Below, one piece after another: positions 32,074 through 41,826 of a stretch of DNA of 64,000 nucleotides. The stretch is from an uncultured Chloroflexia bacterium (lineage in GTDB: Bacteria; Chloroflexota; Anaerolineae; CG2-30-64-16). The stretch lies in assembly GCA_963774265.1 (NCBI GenBank), contig CAVZDU010000010.1, positions 320,001 to 384,000 of the forward strand. Direction: 5' to 3'. The notes under the pieces were generated by a model. That model was not told the origin of the DNA. It saw only the letters and a program-made list of their open reading frames with translations, and did no database searches. A program made the position numbers and the translations under genes. The first letter of the stretch is position 1. Each line of letters starts with the position of its first letter.

Positions 32074-33494
32074 TCAGGCGTCGAAGTACAGCGAGAACTC
32101 GTACGGATGCGGCCGCATGCGGATCGGATCGACCTCCATCTCGCGCTTGTAGGCGATGTAGGTCTCCAGCATGTCTGTCGTGAACACGTCGCCCTTGAGC
32201 AGGAATTCGTGGTCCTCCTCGAGCGCGCGCAAGCACCGCGTCCAGGGAGCCGGGCACCTGCTTGACGCGCTTTGCTTCCTCGGGCGGCAGGCCGTAGAGG
32301 TCCTTGTCCATCGGCTCGCCCGGGTCGATGCGGTTCTGGATGCCGTCGAGGCCGGCCATCAGCAGGGCCGCAAAAGCACAGGTAGGGGTTGCCGACGGAT
32401 CGGGCGCGCGGAACTCAATGCGCTTTGACTTGGCGCTCCTGGAGCCGACCGGGATGCGGCAGATGGCCGAGCGATTGCGCTGTGAATAGGCCAGGTTGAC
32501 GGGCGCCTCAAAGCCGGGCACAAGACGGCGATATGAATTGGTGGTCGGCGCAGCACAGCGCCAGCAGGGCCGACGCATGCTTCAGCAGGCCGCCGATGTA
32601 GTACTTGGCGGTGTCTGAGAGCTGCGCGTAGCCGGCTTCGTCGAAGAACGCGTTCTTCCCGCCCTTCCAGATGCTCTGATGGACAGTGCATGCCGCTGCC
32701 GTTGTCGCCGAAGAGCGGCTTGGGCATGAAGGTGGCGGTGAGGCCGTTCTGCCGCGCCACGTTCTTGACCATGTACTTGTAGATCATGACGCTGTCGGCC
32801 ATGCGGGTGAGCGTGTCAAAGCGCATGTCGATCTCGCCCTGGCCGGCCGTTGCCACTTCGTGATGGTGGATTTCGATCGGCACGCCGGCGCCTTCCAGGG
32901 CCAGCACGATGCGGCTGCGCACATCCTGCAGGGTATCGGTTGGCGGGGTAGGGAAGTAGCCGCGTTTGGGCTGCAATCTGGCCGCCGTAGTTCGGGCCCA
33001 GGTCCTTGCCGCTGTTCCACCAGCCTTCGCTGCTGTCGAGGTGGTAGAAGGCTTCATTGGTGTTCGCGCCATAGCGCACGTCGCTGAAGATGAAGAACTC
33101 CGCCTCTGGCCCAAAGTACACTGTGTCGCCGATACCGGTCTGCTTGAGGTAGGTTTCGGCGCGCTCGCGCAATGTAGCGGGGGTCGCGGCTGTAGGGCTC
33201 GCGCGTGATCGGGTCGTACACATCGCCCATGATGACCATCGTGGGCACCTGGAAGATCGGGTCCAGGAATGCAGTGGTCGGGTCCAACAGCAGGATCATG
33301 TCCGACTCGTGAATCTCCTTGAAGCCGCGGATGGATGAGCCGTCGAACGGCATGCCATTCTCAAAGGTCTCTTCGGACAGGATGTGGGCAGGTATCGTGA
33401 AATGCTGCCAGACGCCTGGCAAATCAGTGAAGCGCAGATCAACCATCTGCACCTTAGTCGCCATGGCAAGGACATCAGCAATGGTCTTGGACAT
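32074..33494 (-). CDS. glnA: Type I glutamine synthetase (about 5-6 apparent frameshifts)
   Basis: [81 protein letters not shown] spread over several frames. Confidence 0.93.
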
Positions 33495-33787
33495 AGTATG
33501 ATTCCTTTCAGGATCGTGCGAATACACGGGGGCCAGTATAGGGGGTGCATAGGGCCGCGCGCAAGTACCCGTTCGGGTAGTATTGCGGATCACAAGCATC
33601 GCGTCAGCCGCGGTCTATAGTGAAGTCGGTCACTTGGGCAACCGGTTGCATTTTTGGCGGAGAATCACCGAGAAAGTGACGGGAAACGGTAGACACAGTC
33701 TTCCGGCTGCGCGATAATAGGTTGCCGCTGTACGGCTAATCGGAAAGCCGCGCCATTTTGCGAGACGGACGGATTGAGGAGGGCAAC

Positions 33788-34093
33788 ATGCACGCATCGG
33801 CCTATATGTGTATTCATGCCGGTCTGGAACTTTCTGTCGACACGACCGATCCGACCGATGTAGCTGTGGTCCTGCAAGCGCTGGGAGAACTCATGCCGAG
33901 GGCGGCAATCAAGAGTTGGTGCATTGGGGAATTCAAGCTAAGCGGTCCTTGGTGGTATCGTGTCTCAAACCTGGAGACGCGTGGCCCTTTGATTGGGCTA
34001 TGGCTTGTTGGACAGCTATGTGCCAGAGGGTGGGAAGTGTTTCAGGTGAATCAAGGTGACCCCATAAACTACCATATGCGCCGCATCGCCTGA
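33788..34093 (+). CDS. Small hypothetical protein
   Basis: GAGGAGG RBS before ATG 33788; co-oriented with dodecin. Confidence 0.55.
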   Translation: MHASAYMCIHAGLELSVDTTDPTDVAVVLQALGELMPRAAIKSWCIGEFKLSGPWWYRVSNLETRGPLIGLWLVGQLCARGWEVFQVNQGDPINYHMRRIA

Positions 34094-34121
34094 TCAGGAC
34101 TCGGAAACGGAGGGTGAAAAG

Positions 34122-34337
34122 ATGGCAGACAGTGTCTACAAGGTGATCGAACTGGTGGGCACCAGCACGGAGTCGTGGGAGAAGGCCGCTACGACGGCGG
34201 TCGAGATGGCTGGGAAGTCGCTGCGGGGCCTTCGCAAAGCGGAGGTAGTGGAGCTGGACATGCACCTCGAGGAGGGCAAGATCCTGGCCTACCGCGCCAA
34301 GGTGAAGGTGTCGTTCAAGTACGAAGGCGGCGACTGA
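34122..34337 (+). CDS. Dodecin (flavin-binding)
   Basis: SVYKVIELVGTSTESWEKA...YRAKVKVSFKYE. Confidence 0.93.
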   Translation: MADSVYKVIELVGTSTESWEKAATTAVEMAGKSLRGLRKAEVVELDMHLEEGKILAYRAKVKVSFKYEGGD

Positions 34338-34391
34338 AGCCCGGATCGCTTCTTGGCGAAAAGCGGTGACAAGGCGGCAAGAAGCGGCTTG

Positions 34392-34436
34392 CGCCGTTTG
34401 ACGGCTGATGCAAAGCGTAATGGCCGTCAAACGGCG
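34392..34436. terminator. Perfect 14-bp hairpin between convergent genes
   Basis: CGCCGTTTGACGGC / GCCGTCAAACGGCG; a second 9-bp stem lies at 34347-34386. Confidence 0.55.
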
Positions 34437-34486
34437 GGTTAGCGCGCCTTAGACTTCGGTCCACAAACATCAGGTGCAAATCGGGT

Positions 34487-34726
34487 TCATTGACAGTCAC
34501 TCAACATTGGGCGAGGTTGGCCATCGGGCAACGTGCGGCCTACGCGGCGGGCCCAATGCCCGGCCAGTGCACCCAGATAGTCGATCCGGCTCATCACCCA
34601 ACACTGCAGGTCAAAGGAGATGCCCCGGGTCTCAACTCGGCGCGCGAGCCGTTCTTTTTGTACTGCGCGCTCCATGTCGCGGATCTGGTCCCGGTGTCTT
34701 GCGTCAAACTCATTCCAGTTAAGCAT
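34487..34726 (-). CDS. Small hypothetical protein divergent from the SARP regulator
   Basis: 79-aa ORF with AAGGGG RBS. Confidence 0.5.
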   Translation of the reverse strand: MLNWNEFDARHRDQIRDMERAVQKERLARRVETRGISFDLQCWVMSRIDYLGALAGHWARRVGRTLPDGQPRPMLSDCQ

Positions 34727-34958
34727 CGTATCCCCCTTGTCTCATCTCAGGATCATGCTCATCTTACCCTGTTGCCGTAAGGAATTCATATACTCCTGCT
34801 TTCACGAGGTAGCCACCATACCTTGCGATGAGCTTACACGTGCCCCATCATATTCGCGCCAACTTGCCATCCCGGGACAGGATGGTACAATACATGAAAC
34901 TAATATTGAATAAACATGAGACGAGCGTGGTGCTATAGGATTGCAACTGTGAAGAAAG

Positions 34959-37900
34959 GTGCAATGGATGGCTGAACTGGCTGTACGCCTGTTTGGAACG
35001 TTCCAGGCCGAGTTGGACGGCCAGCCGGTCGGCGGTTTCTCGTCGGCAAAGGTGCGGGCCCTACTGGCTTATCTGATCATGGAGCGCGAGCGCCCTCACG
35101 GCCGTGATGCGCTTTGCGGGCTGCTGTGGCCAGACGAACCCCAGGAGGTGGCCCAGGCCAACCTGCGTCAGGCCCTGGCCAACCTGCGTCAGGTCCTTGG
35201 CGACCGGTCTGCGGCGAAACCGCTCCTCACTGTGACGCGTGATGCTGTTGGGCTGACTGTGGGCGCCGATTGCCTGGCCGACGCGGGGGAGTTTGTGGAC
35301 CGTCTCGACCGCTGCCGAACGCACGGACACCGGCGAACGGCGGCATGCGAATCGTGCACCCAGCACATCGAGGCGGCCCTGCAACTCTACCGAGGCGATT
35401 TCCTCGAGGGATTATACATCGCTGCAGCCCCCGAGTATGACGCGTGGGTTCTGGCCCGACGCGAGCGTCTACGGAGCGATGCACTCGACGCTTGGTCGTC
35501 GCTGACCGAACATCACTTGCTGACCGGCGCGCATGAGTTGGCCGGCACGCTTGCCCGGCGCCAGCTGGTGCTTGAACCCTGGCGCGAGGAGGCGCACCGC
35601 CAACTCATGCGTGCCCACGCGCTTGCCGGAAATCGCTCCGCGGCGCTGAACCAATATGAAGCCTGCCGGCAGATCATGGCAGCCGAATTCAATGCTGAAC
35701 CCTCGGCCGACACCCAGGCGCTGCTGAGACAGATTCGCGCGGGACATCTCGCAGTCCAGGTCCCCCTGCGCAACTGGCCTGCGCCGGTCACCGCGTTTGT
35801 CGGCCGCGTGCGAGAGCTCGCCGAGCTAGCCGAACGGTTGGGTAATCCGGCAATGCGACTCATCACCATCGCCGGGCTGGGCGGCGCCGGCAAGACGCGA
35901 CTTGTCGTTGAGGCTGGAACCCGCGTAGCCTATGGTTTCGCGGATGGTGCCTGCTTCGTCAATCTCGCCGGCGCCGTCTCCGCCCCTGCTGTGATCCACG
36001 CGATCGCCGCCGCGTTAGGCCTGGCCATCGGCAACCCGACAGCGCCCGACATGGAACTGACGCGCGACCTTCAGCGGCGTGAGCTGCTATTGGTGGCTGA
36101 CAACTGCGAGCACACGGCCGGCCACGCCAGCGTGCTGGGCCGCTTATTGCGCGCCTGTCCGCGCCTGACCGTGCTCGCCGCCAGTCATGGGCCACTCGGT
36201 ATTGACGGCGAATGGGTGATGCGGCTCGATGGGCTGACACTGGGCGTCCGCATCCCTGAAGGCGACGAGCACGACGGTGAGGCGGTCACGCTCTTCCTGG
36301 AGCGTATGCACCAGGCTAGAGGTGCCCGGCCAATGACCGAGCCGGAACGCCAGGCTGTGGCAGACATCTGCGAGCAGGTTGGTGGCCTGCCCCTGGCGAT
36401 TGAGTTGGCCGCGGCGTGGACGCCCGTCCTGTCGTGCACGGAAATCGCCGCCGAAGTCGCCCGCAGTCGCAAGTTCCTCGATGTTCCCCAGGACGATGCG
36501 TCTGGGCGAACGCTTGGCGCTATTCTGGACCAAGCCTGGCATCTGCTCGACCCGCGCGAGCAACGTGTGTTGGGGCAAACCGCCGCCTTCCGACATGGGT
36601 TCCGCCGTTCCGAGGCGGCTGCGGTGATCGACGCTGGGGAGGGGGCGCATGCGTTGGACAGCGCACTCCGCGTGCTGGTTGACCGATCATTGCTCCGTGT
36701 GATCCCGGACGGCCGGTACCGTCAACATCCGTTGGTCGAGCAGTTTGCCGCCGAGCACCTGGCCGCCGACTCGACGCTCCTGTCGGCAGTCGAGCGCCGG
36801 CACGCTGACGCCTACATGAAGCTGCTGAGCGCCGCGGGTCTCGACCTCAAAGGGGCGCGGCAACAAACGGCTCTGTCTGCACTGATGGAGGAGCATCCAA
36901 ACATCCTCGTCGCTTGGCACCGCGGGTTGGCTTCCCATGCGTTCGCCATGCTGGCTGCCGCAGTCGATGCCCTCAGTACCTTCTACGACCTGCTTAGTCG
37001 TTCGCAGGAGGCGCTCGACCTGTTTCGCCACTCGGCCGACATTGCAGTGGCTCATGCAGACCACGATCCCGTGGCAGCTCAGCTGACGGGTGAGCTCCTG
37101 GCGCATGGTGGCATGCACTCGTATCGGCTCCTCGAGCTGGCGGAGGCGAAGGCATTGCTCGAGCGCAGCCTTGCAGTGTTGCCCCCAGAGTGCGGTCGCG
37201 AACGGGCGCTGGCGCTCCATGGTCTCGGCAACGTGCTCTTTTGGCAAGGGGATGTGGACGCTGCCGAGGCGTGTTATATCGAGGGGCTGGCCCTGGCTCG
37301 ACGGGCCGACGACACGTGGCGGGTTGGAGCCCTCGCCGCCCTGCTGGGCGATTGCGCCTCGGTCCGCGGCAGCCATGCCGCGGCAATGTCCGGGTATGAG
37401 GAATCACTTGCGCTGTTCCGCGAGCTGGGCGACCCCCGCATGACCGCAGTTGCCCTCGCGAACCTGGGCGACGGCTACCGTCGACAGGCGCTCCTCGCCG
37501 AGTCGTGTGCGATGCACGAGGAGAGCCTGGCCATCGCCGCGGGGGTCGGCTTTCGCCGTCTTCTCGCCAACAACTACAACGGCCTTGGCGAGGTCGCGGT
37601 ACGGCGAAGGCGATTTATCGTGTGCCGCTGAGTATTTCGCGGCCAGCCAGGAGGTGTGTCGCGAGATCGGCTGCTATTCCGTGGGCGTGCTGAACCTGGT
37701 TGGGCTCGCGGACGTTGCGTGCGAAGAAGGGGATACGCTGCGGGGCAAAATGTTCCTGCGTGAAGCCGTCCGGTCCCTGATCGAACACGAGAGCTGGGCC
37801 GTTCTCCCCGTCGCCGTCACGGCACTGGCTCACATCCTCAGCATGCAGAACGAGCAGCAGGAACTGGTCCGTGCAATCTCGCTCCTTGCCCAGGTGCTTT

Positions 37901-38124
37901 GTCATCCTACTACATGGGAGGACTATCGGCACCGGGCCATGCGTCTTTTGATGGCGCTGCAAGCGCGCCTGCCCGATGAAACCGTTGCTCGCGGCGATGG
38001 CCACAGCGGAGCCGGTCGCACCAGCTATTCGCGACATGCTTGCTCTGGAGATGCCCGCAGCAGCCCCCGCTTTCGCCGAAACAGGATGTATCCGGTGGTG
38101 AACGCAGCGATCGCTCCTCGCTAA
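34959..38124 (+). CDS. AfsR/SARP-type regulator: HTH-BTAD-NTPase-TPR (frameshift near 37600; true 3' end uncertain)
   Basis: KVRALLAYL, LYRGDFLEG, EPWREEAHRQLM, FVGR, P-loop GLGGAGKTRL, LVADNCEH, GLPLAIELAA, TPR repeats. Confidence 0.88.
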
Positions 38125-39188
38125 TTGGCCCGTTGGAAGGTCACATCCCAGGAGTAGTGATGGCAGCAACTGCACGGCGCGACAAAGTTGGCGCAATCCT
38201 CAGCGTCTCGGCAATAGCCGCCTTGGATCAGCAGCTCCACAGGGATATCGTAAACCAGCGTGCTGACTGTGCCACTGCGGTCGCTGATCACCTCCCGTCC
38301 GGCGGCGTCGCGGAGCACATAGACCTCCTTGGCCTCGCCCAGGACGAATTCTGCCACGCCGGGCCCTTTGCGACCGGTCACATCCTCTTCGTAGGGCATT
38401 GTCGCTGACTTGACCGTGACTCCGTCCAGCCGATTGCCCTCCGCATCCTTCACATACACATGCAAGACGCGTCCCATTCCGCAGTTGAACACGCTGTCCT
38501 CGAAAGACCCGCCATTTTCGACGGCATCCCACAAGCGAACGCCTACAAGCTTGAACTCGGGGCCTGGAGTCACGGCCGGCGCGGTAGGTCGCGGCGTGAC
38601 TGTCGGTGCTGGAGGCGGGGGCAAGACATCCTCGATGAGCACCACTGTGTCGGTCGGGCCGAGAACACGCACGACCGTGGCGGCGACCCAAACCCGACCT
38701 CCGCCGGTCCAGTCAAGCTGCCACCAGTCACCGGCGGCGTTCCGACCCAGGATTTCCACTTCTTGTCCGGCATGCAGCGTGGCCACCACAGGATAGGCCC
38801 GTCCGGGGCCATCCCGCAGGTTCACCTCTCCATCGGCGACCGCGTGCGGTGCCTGAGGCGTGGCCGTTTGGCTGGCGGTGGGTGTGACCGCGGAATGCGG
38901 CCTTTCGGTGGGCGGTAGCGGTGTTGCTGTGGAGGCCTGTAGAGGGCTGGCCGATGGGGGAAGTAACCGCAGCAAGGTCGGCGATTGGGGCGCGGTTAGG
39001 CTCGGCGCCGGCGGCACTGTCGGCGGGATGGCACGCGCCATGACAGGCTCGCCGGTGGGCCTCTCCTGGTTTCGCCCGGGCGAGCAGCCGCAGGCGAAGG
39101 CCAGGATGGCGAGTGCCAGAAGCGCAAGCGTCAGGACAACGACACGTGCCGGGGCGACAGAGCAACGCAGTCGTCTGTGTTTGCCCAT
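38121..39188 (-). CDS. Secreted or lipoprotein with Pro/Thr linker, bacterial SH3 domain and Cys-rich C-terminal domain
   Basis: Hydrophobic signal ending AFACGC; VNLRDGPG..YPVV...GRN..GDWWQ...WV; start codon uncertain. Confidence 0.75.
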   Translation of the reverse strand: MGKHRRLRCSVAPARVVVLTLALLALAILAFACGCSPGRNQERPTGEPVMARAIPPTVPPAPSLTAPQSPTLLRLLPPSASPLQASTATPLPPTERPHSAVTPTASQTATPQAPHAVADGEVNLRDGPGRAYPVVATLHAGQEVEILGRNAAGDWWQLDWTGGGRVWVAATVVRVLGPTDTVVLIEDVLPPPPAPTVTPRPTAPAVTPGPEFKLVGVRLWDAVENGGSFEDSVFNCGMGRVLHVYVKDAEGNRLDGVTVKSATMPYEEDVTGRKGPGVAEFVLGEAKEVYVLRDAAGREVISDRSGTVSTLVYDIPVELLIQGGYCRDAEDCANFVAPCSCCHHYSWDVTFQRAN

Positions 39189-39202
39189 CTGCATGCACCA
39201 AG

Positions 39203-39237
39203 AAGAAAGGCCCGCTTCCATTGGAGAAGCGGGCCTG
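39203..39237 (-). terminator. Terminator downstream of tRNA-Gln
   Basis: AGGCCCGCTTC/GAAGCGGGCCT stem followed by TTCTT on the minus strand. Confidence 0.7.
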
Positions 39238-39242
39238 CATTA

Positions 39243-39316
39243 TGGCTCGGGGACAGGGATTCGAACCCCAAATTTCTGATCCAGAGTCAGATGTTTTACC
39301 ATTAAACTATCCCCGA
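39243..39316 (-). tRNA. tRNA-Gln (anticodon CTG)
   Basis: Acceptor stem TCGGGGA/TCCCCGA, anticodon arm TCTGA-CTCTGGA-TCAGA, GGTTCGAATCC, discriminator G, encoded CCA. Confidence 0.96.
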
Positions 39317-39392
39317 CCGATGGCGAAATATTACCATAGACTGCCCTTGGGAGCAAATTCCCGAGCCAATAAGCCGCAGAGCCAGCCCCGGC

Positions 39393-39929
39393 TTAACCAT
39401 CGTACGCCAATCGAAACGTTACAAACGCGTACCCTTCTTCCACCGACAGGCTGGCGTGTACATGGCCCACATTGCCCCCTTCTCGTAACCAGGGAGGATA
39501 GAAGATATCGGCCAGGATGCGCGGCCGCCGGTCCCCGTAGTGCGGCCCCTCAACCGTATCGCTCGTCCACTCGCAAAGATACACCGGCTTCAACCCGCCG
39601 CGGAGCTCGGTCACGTGCCCCTCCTGGTGCGGCCACACACCGGCATCCAATTCCTCGCTGTGTGCACCACCCATGAGATCCTGAAGCTCCGCCATCCTGG
39701 GCAGGCGGTAGATGCGACCGGTCCGGCCCCCCAGCCAGGCGCAATAAGCAACTGCATCCACCTGTGACACGTCGATCACTGGCGCGCCGGCTGAGTGGAT
39801 CTGTTTCAACGTGTAGGGGGTTGCCCGCCCTATTTCGCGCAGGAAATGCTTGAAGTCTCCCACAGTAACCGGGTGAATTGCCAGGTGGACCTGCCCGCCG
39901 GGCAATTCGACGGCAACGAATTCGCTCAA
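39393..39929 (-). CDS. FGE/SUMF1-like domain protein (short)
   Basis: HPVTVGDF, PVIDVSQVDAVAYCAWL, YRLP..AE, EW, terminal FRL. Confidence 0.7.
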   Translation of the reverse strand: MSEFVAVELPGGQVHLAIHPVTVGDFKHFLREIGRATPYTLKQIHSAGAPVIDVSQVDAVAYCAWLGGRTGRIYRLPRMAELQDLMGGAHSEELDAGVWPHQEGHVTELRGGLKPVYLCEWTSDTVEGPHYGDRRPRILADIFYPPWLREGGNVGHVHASLSVEEGYAFVTFRLAYDG

Positions 39930-39936
39930 GTCAACC

Positions 39937-40692
39937 TCACTGCGGCCTGAACGACCGCGCGCTCTGCTCGAAGATCGGCGCCATGCGAGCGTCGCGCTCG
40001 GGCGTTGTTGAGTAGCTCAGGATCCAGAGGTCGCTGTCAGACAGCACCAGGTACTGGTGACCGCGGATGTTGACCGTCGGTTTGACAGCGGTAATTATCG
40101 GTAATGTGTAGTCGATGCGCGCCGCAGGCAGCCCGTTAATCCGCAGGCTCGCATCACTTGATAGCACGACGAAACCTGCTTTGTCAAGCTGCGGCAACAG
40201 CAGATCGAGCGCTTGCCCCTGCATGTCCGTGATCCGCTCCGCGCCCAGCGGCGATCGGCGGATGTTAAGGCTCTCCGTGAACTCCCCGTTTGTCGGGCCG
40301 AAAGCCCACAAGGCCGCGCTCTGCAAGGCGTCAGCATTGCCGATGATGCCCGCCAGTTGTGGATTGTCTTGTCTCAGGTTCTCCAGGGCTGCCTGTGCAT
40401 CGCCTGAGGTCAGTTCGATCACTTGCCAGTCAGGCGGCAGCGCGAGCCTGACATGTTGGTTCTCATAATCGATCCAATCATGGGGCAGCAGGCTGGGCGT
40501 GAGGGTCACGACCGGGGTCGCCAGCGTCGCCGTCGGCCTGTGTGCGAACGTGGGGGAGGGCGCAGATAGGGTCAACGTCGGGCGGGTCGACGGGACAGCC
40601 TGGGTAGATGCGGGCTTGGATGAACACGCGCCTACCAGTCCAGCGAGCGCAATAACTGGGAGAAGGGTCGTTCCGAGTCGCCAGGTTTTCAT
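39937..40692 (-). CDS. Lipoprotein, possibly PsbP/DcrB-like fold
   Basis: Lipobox VGAC, Thr/Pro linker, LALPPDW and FEQSARSF pattern. Confidence 0.65.
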   Translation of the reverse strand: MKTWRLGTTLLPVIALAGLVGACSSKPASTQAVPSTRPTLTLSAPSPTFAHRPTATLATPVVTLTPSLLPHDWIDYENQHVRLALPPDWQVIELTSGDAQAALENLRQDNPQLAGIIGNADALQSAALWAFGPTNGEFTESLNIRRSPLGAERITDMQGQALDLLLPQLDKAGFVVLSSDASLRINGLPAARIDYTLPIITAVKPTVNIRGHQYLVLSDSDLWILSYSTTPERDARMAPIFEQSARSFRPQ

Positions 40693-40722
40693 AATTCTCC
40701 CGAGAGCACGGCTGGCCTACCG

Positions 40723-41826
40723 CTACGCGTCAAACCCGATCTTCTTGTGCCGGACTGCGACGCTTTCGGCTAGCCCGATCGCAATCAATAACGTCCACAG
40801 GGAACTGCCGCCGTAGCTGATAAAGGGCAAAGGGATGCCGGTCACGGGCATGATCGACAGATTCATGCCGATATTGATCAGCACCTGGACGAAGATCATG
40901 GCGGTAACCCCGGTCACGATCAACATGCCGAAAGTGTCGCGCGCACGGCTGGCGATGTGTATCAGCCTGAACATCAGCAGTCCGAAGAGGATAATCAGCG
41001 TGGCGCCGCCAATAAAGCCCATCTCCTCGGCGGTCACCGAGAAGATGAAGTCGGTGTGGCGCACCCGAAGAAAGTGAAGCTGGCTCTGCGACCCGCGAAA
41101 TAGCCCGCGTCCCAGCCACCCGCCCGAACCAATGCCGATAATCGCTTGTTCGACATTATAGCGCGCTGACGCCGGCGCCGAGTCCGGCCGTATCAGCATC
41201 AACACGCGCTCCTTCATATAGTCAGCAAGCAGATATCTCCAGGCCGGGACGACCGCCGCGGCCCCCAGAGCGCCGAAGAAGATGCCGTGGCGAATGCGCA
41301 GGCCTGCCACCACGATCATCGCGATACCGATAGCCACGACAACCAGCGCCGTACCCAGGTTCGGCTGCCAGAAGATCAGGCCGACTGCGGGAAGCAGCAG
41401 CCCGATCGCCAGGATGGGGGTGACCAGGCTGTCCATTTTTTCCTCTCGCGAGGACAGAAAATGTGCGAGCGCCAGGATCAGCGCGATCTTGGTCAGCTCT
41501 GAAGGCTGGAGGAAAAACTCCCCAATCGTCAGCCACCGCTGCGCGCCACCGGCAACCGTGCCGATGATCTTGAGAACGATGAGGACTCCCAGGAAGAATA
41601 GATAGATTGGGTAGGCAAGGGTGGTGAGTAGACGATAATCGAGCGCGGTTGCGATGAACATCACCAGGACACCAACGCCCAGGAAGGCCGCCTGTCGCCA
41701 GGGCCAGTCCTGGTAGACTTCATTTCCCGACAAAGCGCTGGCAACCATGACAATGCCGAACACGCTCAAAATCAGGACAAGCCCGAACAGGGTCCAGTCA
41801 AAACGGCGGGAAATCGAGATTCTCAC
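40723..41826 (-). CDS. rodA: Rod shape-determining SEDS protein
   Basis: GAQRW, QPSELTK, QPNLGT, HTDFIFSV.AEE.GF, PVTGIPLPFISYGGSS. Confidence 0.95.
   Translation of the reverse strand: MRISISRRFDWTLFGLVLILSVFGIVMVASALSGNEVYQDWPWRQAAFLGVGVLVMFIATALDYRLLTTLAYPIYLFFLGVLIVLKIIGTVAGGAQRWLTIGEFFLQPSELTKIALILALAHFLSSREEKMDSLVTPILAIGLLLPAVGLIFWQPNLGTALVVVAIGIAMIVVAGLRIRHGIFFGALGAAAVVPAWRYLLADYMKERVLMLIRPDSAPASARYNVEQAIIGIGSGGWLGRGLFRGSQSQLHFLRVRHTDFIFSVTAEEMGFIGGATLIILFGLLMFRLIHIASRARDTFGMLIVTGVTAMIFVQVLINIGMNLSIMPVTGIPLPFISYGGSSLWTLLIAIGLAESVAVRHKKIGFDA

Noticed and set aside
32074-33494. Programmed frameshifting or RNA editing in glnA and trp genes
   Set aside because: No shared slippery motif noticed; sequencing error is the simpler explanation.
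33495-33760. Glutamine riboswitch (glnA RNA motif) upstream of glnA
   Set aside because: Could not identify the conserved motif by eye; a covariance-model search would be needed.
35155-35193. Direct repeat GGCCAACCTGCGTCAGG
   Set aside because: Only two units, in frame, encoding the ANLRQ helix of the SARP domain; not a CRISPR or regulatory array.
33600-39243. Genomic island integrated at tRNA-Gln
   Set aside because: No integrase, and I found no duplicate of the tRNA 3' end by eye.
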